A DNA stretch of 11,164 nucleotides. Origin: Candidatus Auribacterota bacterium. Its GTDB lineage: Bacteria; Auribacterota; UBA6266. Positions 1 to 7,263 of the stretch are shown here, piece after piece; positions within the stretch are counted from its first letter, which is position 1, and the number at the start of each line of letters is the position of its first letter. Position numbers and translations under genes: made by a program. The stretch spans positions 1-11,164 of the forward strand of contig JAGLRQ010000110.1 of NCBI GenBank assembly GCA_023136205.1, written 5' to 3'. Below the pieces are notes generated by a model, which saw only the letters and a list, made by a program, of their open reading frames with translations, did no database searches and was not told where the DNA came from.

Positions 1-455
1 CTGGATATGCCGGATTTAGAGGAATTAGGCATGAGGACAAGATACCTTCCGGGAAGGCTTATACTGGTTGCCAGCCGGGAACCCTTTGTTCCAATCTGCC
101 CTTTTACAACCTGAACAAGGATTTCCTGGCCTTCCTTAATCATATCCTCAATTTTGCCGCCCTGTTTAAAACCGTTACCGGGAGACAAATGTTCCACCTC
201 ATCGTCAAGCATTTCTTTGTAAGAAACATCGGGGTCGATTATATCCGACTGGTGAAGAAACCCGTTTTTCTCCAGCCCGATATCAACAAATGCCGCCTGC
301 ATACCCGAAACTACATTCTCAACCTTTGCTTTGTAAACATTGCCCACTATTTGTTCGATATCACTCCGTTCAACCGAGAGCTCTTCAAGAGTTTTATCCT
401 TGATAATCGCAATCCTTCTTTCATTACCTTCCACATTAATCAAAATCTTATACAT
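1..455 (-). CDS. rng: Ribonuclease G (Rne/Rng family), N-terminal S1-domain portion; C-terminal part runs off the window at base 1
   Basis: Absent from the ORF track because it has no stop in the window. Manual translation of the minus strand from ATG 455..453 stays open to base 1: MYKILINVEGNERRIAIIKDKTLEELSVERSDIEQIVGNVYKAKVENVVSGMQAAFVDIGLEKNGFLHQSDIIDPD...KGSRLATSISLPGRYLVLMPNSSKSGIS. GNxYKxKVxxVxxGMQAAFVDIGLxKxxFLHxSDI and LPxRYLVxMP are the RNase G-type S1 domain signature and sit closer to Rng than to RNase E. The ATG overlaps the upstream stop (ATGTATAA, 448..455). Confidence 0.85.
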   Translation of the reverse strand, partial: MYKILINVEGNERRIAIIKDKTLEELSVERSDIEQIVGNVYKAKVENVVSGMQAAFVDIGLEKNGFLHQSDIIDPDVSYKEMLDDEVEHLSPGNGFKQGGKIEDMIKEGQEILVQVVKGQIGTKGSRLATSISLPGRYLVLMPNSSKSGIS

Positions 456-1098
456 TTTTTTCTCCATAAATAATTTCCTGCCTTGAAATAACAAGATTTA
501 AAACGTCCCTTTCACTCTTATTAAAAATATGCTCCACCAGCCTGCGCGGATTTATATATTCTCCCTGTGAAAGAGATATTTCCATATCGAGCAGGATTTC
601 ACCGTTCTCCTTAATAAATGATAAACTTTTTACCGACTTTCTGACATCAACGACTTTACCGCCGGGTTTTACCCGCAGCCGGCAATCATCCATTTTTAAA
701 AAAATCTCTATTGAATTTCTAATAAATTTTCCCTCTCCAACCATTTTCACTACATACCTGCTGGAGAGAGGCTGTTGAGCTTTCCTTTCAACCTTTTCTA
801 TCTGATTTACCCTAATCCCGGCCGGAAGATGATTGTTCACAGAGGCAACAGCAGGCACATAATCAAGTTCCTCAACCGTTTCAAAATCCATATATTCACA
901 AATCCCCTCAAAACCAAGCGGAAGCGGCGGGCAGAAGCTAACCCTGGGATGAGGATTATATCCCTGGCTGAACTTCAGGTTAATGCCGCTCGCCCTCAGC
1001 GCTCTCATAAAAATCCGTCCAAGATCCAGATGTGAGACAAAACGCACCGCACCCTTCTTCTCATAGATAATCCTGTATCTGTATTCCTGAGTTTCCAA
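448..1098 (-). CDS. DUF2344 family radical SAM-linked protein (TIGR03936-like), function unknown
   Basis: 216-aa ORF. TTG at 1098 is the only start codon near the conserved N-terminus; the RBS is weak (GGA 8 nt upstream). RIIYEKKGAVRFVSHLDLGRIFMRALRASGINLKFSQGYNPHPRVSFCPPLPLG matches the family that is normally fused to, or adjacent to, the rSAM protein encoded upstream. The stop TAA at 450..448 overlaps the rng ATG. Confidence 0.85.
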   Translation of the reverse strand: METQEYRYRIIYEKKGAVRFVSHLDLGRIFMRALRASGINLKFSQGYNPHPRVSFCPPLPLGFEGICEYMDFETVEELDYVPAVASVNNHLPAGIRVNQIEKVERKAQQPLSSRYVVKMVGEGKFIRNSIEIFLKMDDCRLRVKPGGKVVDVRKSVKSLSFIKENGEILLDMEISLSQGEYINPRRLVEHIFNKSERDVLNLVISRQEIIYGEKNV

Positions 1099-1339
1099 TG
1101 TTTTAATCCGAATATCGCGTCAGACTGTAACCGGTATGAACAGAGAGTGGATAAAAAAGGATGATTCTGTCACATGCACATTCTGCTAAATGCTTCGCAC
1201 CATTATCATAATGCTGTATAGCCCAGCTGGGAAATATTTCCTTTTTCAGCAGCGGTAAAACTATTAATGTACTAAAAAGCATTCATCCAAACATTTATCC
1301 ACACGGCCAGCGGCCGTCACCTATCTATATTTGATATAC

Positions 1340-1368
1340 ATTAAACTACAAAACTACGCTTTTGTCAA
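1340..1368 (-). promoter_or_regulatory. Candidate sigma70 promoter: TTGACA (1368..1363), 17-nt spacer, TTTAAT (1345..1340)
   Basis: Perfect -35 hexamer beginning 1 nt after the rSAM stop codon, optimal 17-nt spacer, and a 5/6 -10 hexamer. The predicted TSS near 1333 would give a leader of about 235 nt before the DUF2344 start. Motif match only, with no expression data. Confidence 0.45.
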
Positions 1369-1369
1369 A

Positions 1370-3133
1370 TTAATCACAGGCACCGCAACCGGTACATTCT
1401 TTTGATATCCTACAGTCAGGGGTCATTTCCCCTTTAAGGGCCTTCTGCCTTTCTGTTATTAAAAAGCCTTGCTTCACACCGTAATCTATGTGGCTCCATG
1501 GCAATTTATCTCCCGGCTTACAGCTAAGACTACTCATATCTATCCCCGTTTCATCAAAAGAACTCTTCCATATGCCAAAATCAAAAATGTCATTCCACTG
1601 GTCAAATCTCGCGCCTTTTTCCCACGCCTTTAGGATTACATCAGCCAGAGACCTGCCGCCTCTGGCAAAAACCGATTCCAGATAACTCATTTCAGGATCA
1701 TGACAACTAATCTTCAGATTTTTACATCTAACAGAATTCCTTATAAGCCTGTGTTTCCTTCGCAGTTCATCTATGGAATTCATATTCTCCCACTGAAACG
1801 GCGTATGAGCCTTGGGAACAAAATTGGAAATAGTCACATTGACAGACATCCTGCCCTTTTTATTCTGCTTTGCAACCTTAATTATTTTTTCAATTAAAGA
1901 GCCTATGCTTAATACATCTTCATCAGTTTCCCGCGGGAGGCCAACCATAAAATAAAGTTTTATAAGATTCCAGCCTTTTGAAAAAGCATAACCTGCCGCT
2001 TCAATTATTTCCCGATCCGTAAGGTCTTTATTGATTATTTTTCTCAAACGTTCGTTTCCCGCTTCCGGGGCAAATGTTATCCCTGTTTTTCTCACTTTCC
2101 GGACAAAAGAAGCAAGGTCTATACAGAATGTATCAGCTCTGAGTGAAGGAAGGCCTACAGATATACTTTTCTTATCAAACACTGATACAAGATCCCCGAG
2201 GAGTTCTTTAATACCGGAATAATCACCCGCTGAAAGTGACAGAAGCGACACTTCCTCAAAACCGGTATCTTCAATCTTTCTTACAGCTTCCGCTATAATA
2301 CCTTTAGCCGGTTTTTCGACTACTGGGCGGCTTATCATACCCGGCTGACAAAATCTGCAGCCGCGGCTGCAGCCCCTCATTATCTCTATCACAACCCTGT
2401 TGTGAACACTCTGAATATGAGGAACAATAAGCTTTTCGTCACAAGAATAACTCTCCAATACCCTTAACTTTCTTCTCCTGACCTGCCGCGGAGGTTTCGC
2501 CAGGGAAGGGACATATGCCGATTCGATTTCAGACGCTAATTTTTCAAGCGCTTTTACCTTGTCTTCTTTCAGAAGCTTTCTTTCCCTTTTAACCCACTCA
2601 AGAAACTCCAGAATCACATGTTCTCCGTCGCCAAGCACAATCACATCAAAGAACTTAACAAAAGGTTCAGGCTGACACACAGATGAACCCCCGGCTATTA
2701 CAAGGGGAAATTCACTGTCTCTGTCTTCGGATTTAAAAGGTATTCCGGCAAGGTCAAGCATGGTAAGAACATTCGACATGCAAAGTTCATATTGCAGCGA
2801 AAACCCGATAACATCAAAGTCCTTTAACCGAACTTTATTCTCAAGGGAAAACAGCGGTATCGAGTTATCTCTAAGTTCTTTCTCCATATCCGTCCAGGGA
2901 CAGAAAACACGCTCGACTGAAAAACAATCTTTATCATTTATAATATTGTAAAGTATTTTAAGTCCGAGATGACTCATCCCTATTTCATAGATATCAGGGA
3001 AAGCAAGGCAAATGTTTACTCTGTCGGGAGAAAAACCTTTTTTCGACGCGTTTATTTCCCCTCCTATGTATCTTGCAGGTTTTTTAACATGGGGAAGGAT
3101 AGATCTTTCTATTAAATCAAAACAGGTTGGCAA
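1370..3133 (-). CDS. B12-binding-domain radical SAM protein of the uncharacterised DUF2344-linked family (TIGR03960-like)
   Basis: 587-aa ORF with a TTG start at 3133 and GGAGAG 12 nt upstream. MRGCSRGCRFCQPG carries the CX3CX2C 4Fe-4S/SAM motif (Cys codons 2369..2371, 2357..2359, 2348..2350). The N-terminus HVKKPARYIGGEIN plus VNICLAFPDIYEIGMSHLGLKILY is typical of the B12-like N-domain of this family. Confidence 0.9.
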   Translation of the reverse strand: MPTCFDLIERSILPHVKKPARYIGGEINASKKGFSPDRVNICLAFPDIYEIGMSHLGLKILYNIINDKDCFSVERVFCPWTDMEKELRDNSIPLFSLENKVRLKDFDVIGFSLQYELCMSNVLTMLDLAGIPFKSEDRDSEFPLVIAGGSSVCQPEPFVKFFDVIVLGDGEHVILEFLEWVKRERKLLKEDKVKALEKLASEIESAYVPSLAKPPRQVRRRKLRVLESYSCDEKLIVPHIQSVHNRVVIEIMRGCSRGCRFCQPGMISRPVVEKPAKGIIAEAVRKIEDTGFEEVSLLSLSAGDYSGIKELLGDLVSVFDKKSISVGLPSLRADTFCIDLASFVRKVRKTGITFAPEAGNERLRKIINKDLTDREIIEAAGYAFSKGWNLIKLYFMVGLPRETDEDVLSIGSLIEKIIKVAKQNKKGRMSVNVTISNFVPKAHTPFQWENMNSIDELRRKHRLIRNSVRCKNLKISCHDPEMSYLESVFARGGRSLADVILKAWEKGARFDQWNDIFDFGIWKSSFDETGIDMSSLSCKPGDKLPWSHIDYGVKQGFLITERQKALKGEMTPDCRISKECTGCGACD

Positions 3134-3153
3134 CTCAATAATTTTCTCTCCGC

Positions 3154-3687
3154 TTATTTCTTAATTTTATTCATCAAATCCAAAGCCGCTTCGATTTCCT
3201 CTAAAACAGCCTTTGAAGATATTGTACTGCCCGTAATAGCATCAAACTTAACTTTCCCTGATTTATAATCAGAATAATTCCAGCCGTTAAACTGGCCTAT
3301 AAACGAATCTTCTTCTATTCTGGTGCCCAAACCCGGTGTCTCTGCCTGGACAAGAACCCTGGTACCGGCTATATTCCCCTTTTCATCAACACCAACCATA
3401 AGTTCTATATCACCTGAATAACCGTAATTCGCCGCAATAAAAACATACCCCAGCGTCTTGCTTCCCTGTTTCACAAAAAAGCACTTCTTAATAATTTTTG
3501 AATCCGGAACTTCTTTCTCCTCAAAGCTGTCAGCCTGAGGAAACAGTTGTTTAAGCTGTGCTCTTTCATCGGCTTTCCTTCTTGCCTCTATTGAAGGATA
3601 TGAAACTTTATATACTGCTCCGAGGCATAAGCCCGCGACAAGACAGACAGCGGAAAGGACTAATACAATTTTAAGCTCGCTTTTCAT
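3154..3687 (-). CDS. Membrane-anchored FMN-binding domain protein (RnfG/NqrC-like), stand-alone
   Basis: 177-aa ORF with an ATG start at 3687. It has an N-terminal TM anchor (KIVLVLSAVCLVAGLCLGAV). GYSGDIELMVGVDEKGNIAGTRVLVQAETPGLG and FDAITGSTISSKAV match the FMN_bind domain. Thr155 (codon 3223..3225) sits at the position that is covalently flavinylated in RnfG/NqrC. Confidence 0.8.
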   Translation of the reverse strand: MKSELKIVLVLSAVCLVAGLCLGAVYKVSYPSIEARRKADERAQLKQLFPQADSFEEKEVPDSKIIKKCFFVKQGSKTLGYVFIAANYGYSGDIELMVGVDEKGNIAGTRVLVQAETPGLGTRIEEDSFIGQFNGWNYSDYKSGKVKFDAITGSTISSKAVLEEIEAALDLMNKIKK

Positions 3688-3700
3688 GATATTTATAAAT

Positions 3701-4081
3701 TCATCCCCCCCATTTCCTTAAATCTTCTTCTTTAAGCGGCTCGACCCTGAATAAAAAATCTACGGTTTTACCTGCCATCTGAAGGCTTAACACCGTACTT
3801 AAACGGGTAAGCAAAAGCCTGAAAGGAACTTTAATATTGTGGCCCGCAAGATTTATAGCAACATTTGTATCCCCTAAAATGGGTTCCGCGTCACTCACAG
3901 CTTTAACAAGATTTTCAAACATCTCAAGTTTGGAAACCAATTCTTTGTCAAACTTGTATTCGTTGCCGCATTTGCTGCACCTCAAAACAGGGTCCTTTTT
4001 CATACTATTAACCAAAAAAGTTATTATGCCTTCACATTTGTCTTTTACACACTTAAACTCAATCTTCTGGCCTTTTGTCAC
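3701..4081 (-). CDS. Hypothetical protein with an N-terminal Zn-ribbon (CX4C...CX2C)
   Basis: 126-aa ORF. The GTG start at 4081 is preceded by GGAGG (4092..4088) with a 6-nt spacer. Cys11, Cys16, Cys35 and Cys38 form a four-Cys ribbon pattern. The C-terminal about 70 aa look beta-rich and match no family I recognise. A 13-nt gap separates it from the next gene. Confidence 0.65.
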   Translation of the reverse strand: MTKGQKIEFKCVKDKCEGIITFLVNSMKKDPVLRCSKCGNEYKFDKELVSKLEMFENLVKAVSDAEPILGDTNVAINLAGHNIKVPFRLLLTRLSTVLSLQMAGKTVDFLFRVEPLKEEDLRKWGG

Positions 4082-4105
4082 TTTTTACCTCCATTATTTT
4101 CTCTG

Positions 4106-4134
4106 ATACTATAACCCCACTCGCTGCTGGTCAA
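4106..4134 (-). promoter_or_regulatory. Candidate sigma70 promoter: TTGACC (4134..4129), 17-nt spacer, TAGTAT (4111..4106)
   Basis: 5/6 -35 hexamer, 17-nt spacer, and a -10 that keeps T1, A2 and T6. An alternative reading is TATAGT with a 15-nt spacer. It lies about 25 nt upstream of the Zn-ribbon gene start, in the 137-bp gap after pgi. Motif match only. Confidence 0.35.
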
Positions 4135-4218
4135 GTTTGGAATCATTATTCGTATCGCGTATTCTGTATTGCGTTAAAAAACTTATTTAATACTCAATAC
4201 TCACAACAATACCAGGCA

Positions 4219-5610
4219 CTATATTACATATTTCAGATCAGCTTCCCTCATCTGCTCAACTTCCTTCTTCTTATCTTCGTAGCCCGGCCTTCCCATCATG
4301 CCATAGGTAAGATTTTTACCTTCTTCCACTCCGGGCTGGTTAAACGGATCAATATCATACAGAAACCCTGAAAAAGCTGTCGCAAGCTCAAGCATATATA
4401 ATAACTGCCCGATTGAATTCTCGTCTACTTTATCAAGCCAAATGGTAACATTGGGCCTTTTGGATTTTGTAAGAGCCAGCGCGGTAGCTTTTTGCTCAGC
4501 GTGAAGAAGTTCACTCATTGTGTGCCCACAAAGGTAGTTTACGCCTTTTTTATCTTCAAATGCTTTTGGTATCGTTACATCACTGTCAAATGTTCTAACT
4601 CCAAGAAATATAATCAACTTATCATTGGGACCTTCAGCATATAACTGAACCTGTGAATGCTGGTCAGTAGCGCCAAGAGCTTTAACAGGGGTCTGACCGA
4701 CAAAGCCAGCGCCTTTTTTCTTGCCTAAGCTTTCAGCCCAAAGCTGTCTATACCAGTCAGCAACATCCTTTAAACGGCTGGAATAAGGCATCATCACAGA
4801 AATATTCTTACCTTTCTTTATACCAAGGATATAATGCAAAATTGAATACATATAAGCAGGATTATTCTTAAACGATTCATCCTTACAGCGCTCCTCCATT
4901 GCTTTAGCCCCTTCAAGAAGTTTCCTGACATCTATGCCGGTTACCGCCGCAGAGAGAAGCCCAACGGGAGAAAAAACCGAAAACCTGCCGCCAACATTTT
5001 GGGGAATATCAAACGTCTTATATCCTTCTTCTTTTGCAATGGCTTTTAAATTGCCTTTCTCAGGATCCGTTGTCGCAATAACATGCTCAGAATATGACTC
5101 GCCATACACTTTCTTAAGCATGTCTCTGACAACAATAAACTGTGACATGGTTTCCGCAGTTCCCCCTGACTTGGTAATAACATTGAAAAGAGTATTTTTC
5201 AAATCGATAACATCGAAAAGAGAATTAAACACATCAGGGTCAACATTATCCATCACAAATATTCTGGGGCGTTTTCTTTTTTCTTTGGAAAGAAACCCGT
5301 TAAAAGGATGGTTAAGCGCTGTATTAAGAGCGATATTCCCAAGAGCGGAACCACCAATTCCCAGGACTACAAAATTCTCGTATTTATCAGCAATTGAATC
5401 CGCGAATTTCTGGATTTCATCCGCACTGTCCGTGGCATAAGGAAGAGTTACAAAACCAGGATTTCCTTCCTTTCTGATGGTACTTATCCCTGAAACCGCT
5501 TTTGAAATCTTATCCTTAATTTTTTCTATATCTCCTTCCGTGATACCATGCTCCGGACCCACAACAGAAGCAAGCACATTATTATAATCAAACCTAATTT
5601 GTTCTGACAT
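4219..5610 (-). CDS. pgi: Glucose-6-phosphate isomerase
   Basis: The track ORF 4219..5643 opens with TTG. I place the start at ATG 5610..5608 (MSEQIRFDYNN...) because AAAGGGAG lies 4 nt upstream and TTG 5643 coincides with the TSS predicted from the promoter at 5651..5678. PGI/SIS signatures are VVLGIGGSALGN, ITKSGGTAET, GGRFSVFSPVGLL and GATDQHSQVQLYAEGP. Confidence 0.93.
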   Translation of the reverse strand: MSEQIRFDYNNVLASVVGPEHGITEGDIEKIKDKISKAVSGISTIRKEGNPGFVTLPYATDSADEIQKFADSIADKYENFVVLGIGGSALGNIALNTALNHPFNGFLSKEKRKRPRIFVMDNVDPDVFNSLFDVIDLKNTLFNVITKSGGTAETMSQFIVVRDMLKKVYGESYSEHVIATTDPEKGNLKAIAKEEGYKTFDIPQNVGGRFSVFSPVGLLSAAVTGIDVRKLLEGAKAMEERCKDESFKNNPAYMYSILHYILGIKKGKNISVMMPYSSRLKDVADWYRQLWAESLGKKKGAGFVGQTPVKALGATDQHSQVQLYAEGPNDKLIIFLGVRTFDSDVTIPKAFEDKKGVNYLCGHTMSELLHAEQKATALALTKSKRPNVTIWLDKVDENSIGQLLYMLELATAFSGFLYDIDPFNQPGVEEGKNLTYGMMGRPGYEDKKKEVEQMREADLKYVI

Positions 5611-5650
5611 AAAACTCCCTTTATGTATTTGGTTATTACTCAACTAAGGA

Positions 5651-5678
5651 ATTGTATCAGATTGTTAATTTGAGACAA
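5651..5678 (-). promoter_or_regulatory. Candidate extended -10 promoter for pgi: TTGTCT (5678..5673), 16-nt spacer ending in TGA, TACAAT (5656..5651)
   Basis: TGATACAAT fits the TGnTATAAT extended -10 pattern, and the -35 is 4/6. It sits in the gap between the EpsI stop (5739) and the pgi start. Motif match only. Confidence 0.4.
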
Positions 5679-5738
5679 GGAATATTAATCCGCTGGACGT
5701 GAAAGCTTATCAGATGCCATGAAAAATTCTTGATTGTC

Positions 5739-6374
5739 TTATAAATAATCAGGCAATATTGGAACGGCTTCCCGCATAAAATCCTTAAGCCTGTTAAAAG
5801 CTCCCTTTGTATCCCCATTAATCACAAGCGTAGAAACCTTAATCAACGCTCCTTTGGCCCTGCGGTACCTTATCTCATCCAGGACAAAATAAAACTGCTG
5901 TTTATTATAACCGGCCATTACCCTGTCACCTGCCATATACCAGTAAAAAACCAACTGCCTGTGAGGGCCTGTCTGGAAAATCCGGCTGTTAACCTCTATT
6001 GTCGTCTTATCATCAATTTTAACCTTATCCAGTTTCTTGTCAACAAGCTCTGTATTCCCCCCGCCTATGTAACAGTATTCCGGCGGATGAAAACTTTGCC
6101 TGTCGCCTTCCCCGTAAACAACAGTAAACCATACCTTTTCGCCTTCAGGATTGGAATACTCGCCAAGCAGTATCTTATCCGTTCCCAGGATCTCAACTAC
6201 ATTCTTCTCCGGCGGTATGATTTCACCGGCCCAGGAACCTATCTCAAGAGGAAATCCCAATATCTTCGCGTCAGAAACAGGCAAAGGCCTGCGTAATGAG
6301 AGATAACTAATCCCAAGCGCGAATACCAGCAATATAACTATGCTTATTATATAGTTTGAATCTTTTTTCATCAC
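5739..6374 (-). CDS. Exosortase-associated EpsI family protein (stand-alone)
   Basis: 211-aa ORF starting at GTG 6374 or ATG 6371. It has an N-terminal TM anchor (YIISIVILLVFALGISYL). FPLEIGSWAG, a central FHPPEYCYIGGG (the HxPExC core of EpsI) and LVFYWYMAGDRV fit the EpsI/DUF3485 pattern. It starts 7-10 nt after the exosortase stop. Confidence 0.8.
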   Translation of the reverse strand: MMKKDSNYIISIVILLVFALGISYLSLRRPLPVSDAKILGFPLEIGSWAGEIIPPEKNVVEILGTDKILLGEYSNPEGEKVWFTVVYGEGDRQSFHPPEYCYIGGGNTELVDKKLDKVKIDDKTTIEVNSRIFQTGPHRQLVFYWYMAGDRVMAGYNKQQFYFVLDEIRYRRAKGALIKVSTLVINGDTKGAFNRLKDFMREAVPILPDYL

Positions 6375-6381
6375 AGGTTTA

Positions 6382-7257
6382 CTATACCTCTAACTCTTTT
6401 TCTTTATTCCCATCTTTATTACCGTCATCTTCTTCAATATTTTTACCCGCTGATAGAATATTTCCTATAACTTTTAATCCCAAAAAGGCAATAACAAAAA
6501 CCAGAAACCCTGAATAATCATGAAATTTACCGGTAGCAACCTCAGAACCGTATACATAGGCGACAAGAAGAAGCAGGACAACCCTCACCGCATTTGAAAA
6601 CAACGCCAGGGGTATTGATGTCAGAAATAATATGAACTTTCTTGGCAGAGACATATTGACAAGATACGCGTAGATAGAACCTAAAGCGGTCAGAGAAATT
6701 AAACTGCGCAACCCGCTGCAGGGGCTTCCAACTGTCAGCGAGGTATTTGGAAGGTGGATTACACTCCCGGCCCTCAATGCCGAGATCCCCATAGCGTTAA
6801 CAATATAGGCCGCTATCTGTGCGACAAATAACTTCATATTAAAACTGATATGAATTATAAGCACACGCGGCAGGGGTATCATAAATACAATGAAAAAGAT
6901 CGGGAACGTAAGTTTAAATAAAATTTCCTTACCAAAAAGATAAAGAATCAAACCAATTAAAGTAGATATTATAGAAAACCCGGAAATGAAATATATCTTG
7001 AAGCTAAAAGCGGCAAAATGCGCTAACAGGCTCAATATCAATATGACAAGTCCGATATTCATCGAAACTACGGGAGTTTTTGCAAGCTCATCGCGCTTCT
7101 GCCACACAAGAAACGCGACTACAAAAGGAACCAGAAAACCATGTGTGTAATATGATTCAACGCTTAAAAACCTGTTTTTCAACCAGATAAAAGTAGGCCA
7201 ATATACAACACACAACAGAATCCCTATTATATGTAGTTTAATTTTTTGGAAACGCAC
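6382..7257 (-). CDS. Exosortase (exosortase/archaeosortase family), short 291-aa form without a fused EpsI domain
   Basis: GTG start at 7257, 6 nt after the upstream stop. All family hallmarks are present: YWPTFIWL...SYYTHGFLVPFV at the N-terminus, FMIPLP, catalytic Cys180 in LTVGSPCSGLRSL (codon 6720..6718), Arg225 in SNAVRVVLL (6585..6583) and His246 in FHDYSGFLVF (6522..6520). It is polytopic throughout. Confidence 0.88.
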   Translation of the reverse strand: MRFQKIKLHIIGILLCVVYWPTFIWLKNRFLSVESYYTHGFLVPFVVAFLVWQKRDELAKTPVVSMNIGLVILILSLLAHFAAFSFKIYFISGFSIISTLIGLILYLFGKEILFKLTFPIFFIVFMIPLPRVLIIHISFNMKLFVAQIAAYIVNAMGISALRAGSVIHLPNTSLTVGSPCSGLRSLISLTALGSIYAYLVNMSLPRKFILFLTSIPLALFSNAVRVVLLLLVAYVYGSEVATGKFHDYSGFLVFVIAFLGLKVIGNILSAGKNIEEDDGNKDGNKEKELEV

Positions 7258-7263
7258 TTATCT

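Noticed and set aside
189-473. Plus-strand ORFs in the track: 189..473, 775..1035, 1488..1685, 1700..1897, 2031..2222, 2760..2951, 3837..4106, 4075..4371, 4934..5440, 5961..6296, 7246..7431, 7768..8076, 9815..10210, 10658..11134, 10722..10925.
   Set aside because: Each lies antisense to a minus-strand gene with strong family signatures. Their translations are low-complexity, rich in F/L/I/K/R/S, with no recognisable motifs and no RBS. They are shadow ORFs.
1136-1189. 17-codon plus-strand ORF (MNREWIKKDDSVTCTFC) next to the radical SAM gene, considered as a possible RiPP precursor with a C-terminal CxxC.
   Set aside because: It is on the opposite strand to every gene and has no Shine-Dalgarno sequence. 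This rSAM family is not a known peptide maturase, and an ORF of this size is expected by chance in 271 bp. The same applies to the 18-codon GTG ORF on the minus strand (MTAAGRVDKCLDECFLVH).
1303-1317. GC hairpin ACGGCC-AGC-GGCCGT, considered as an intrinsic terminator for the rSAM gene.
   Set aside because: No U-tract follows it on the minus strand (next bases GUGGAUAAAUG), and it lies downstream of the predicted leader TSS. I keep it only as a structural element of the leader.
2355-2372. Perfect 18-bp GC-rich palindrome CTGCAGCCGCGGCTGCAG (PstI-SacII-PstI) inside the rSAM gene.
   Set aside because: It encodes exactly the Cys-Ser-Arg-Gly-Cys core of the CX3CX2C motif (TGC AGC CGC GGC TGC). 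It is most simply explained as a symmetric codon choice under strong protein constraint. It could form an mRNA hairpin, but I see no independent sign of a regulatory role.
4190-4203. Tandem AATACTC AATACTC just after the pgi stop.
   Set aside because: There are only two copies of a 7-mer in an AT-rich spacer, with no hairpin or T-tract to make it a terminator, and no further copies elsewhere in the window.
5631-5638. A single GGTTATTA octamer in the pgi 5' UTR, considered as a further copy of the spacer repeat.
   Set aside because: One isolated 8-mer in AT-rich sequence is compatible with chance. There is no adjacent in-phase unit.
5611-5643. TTG 5643 as the pgi start, which would add 11 N-terminal residues (MSNNQIHKGSF).
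   Set aside because: It has no RBS, and it coincides with the TSS predicted from the TGATACAAT promoter. ATG 5610 has AAAGGGAG 4 nt upstream and gives the usual PGI N-terminus.
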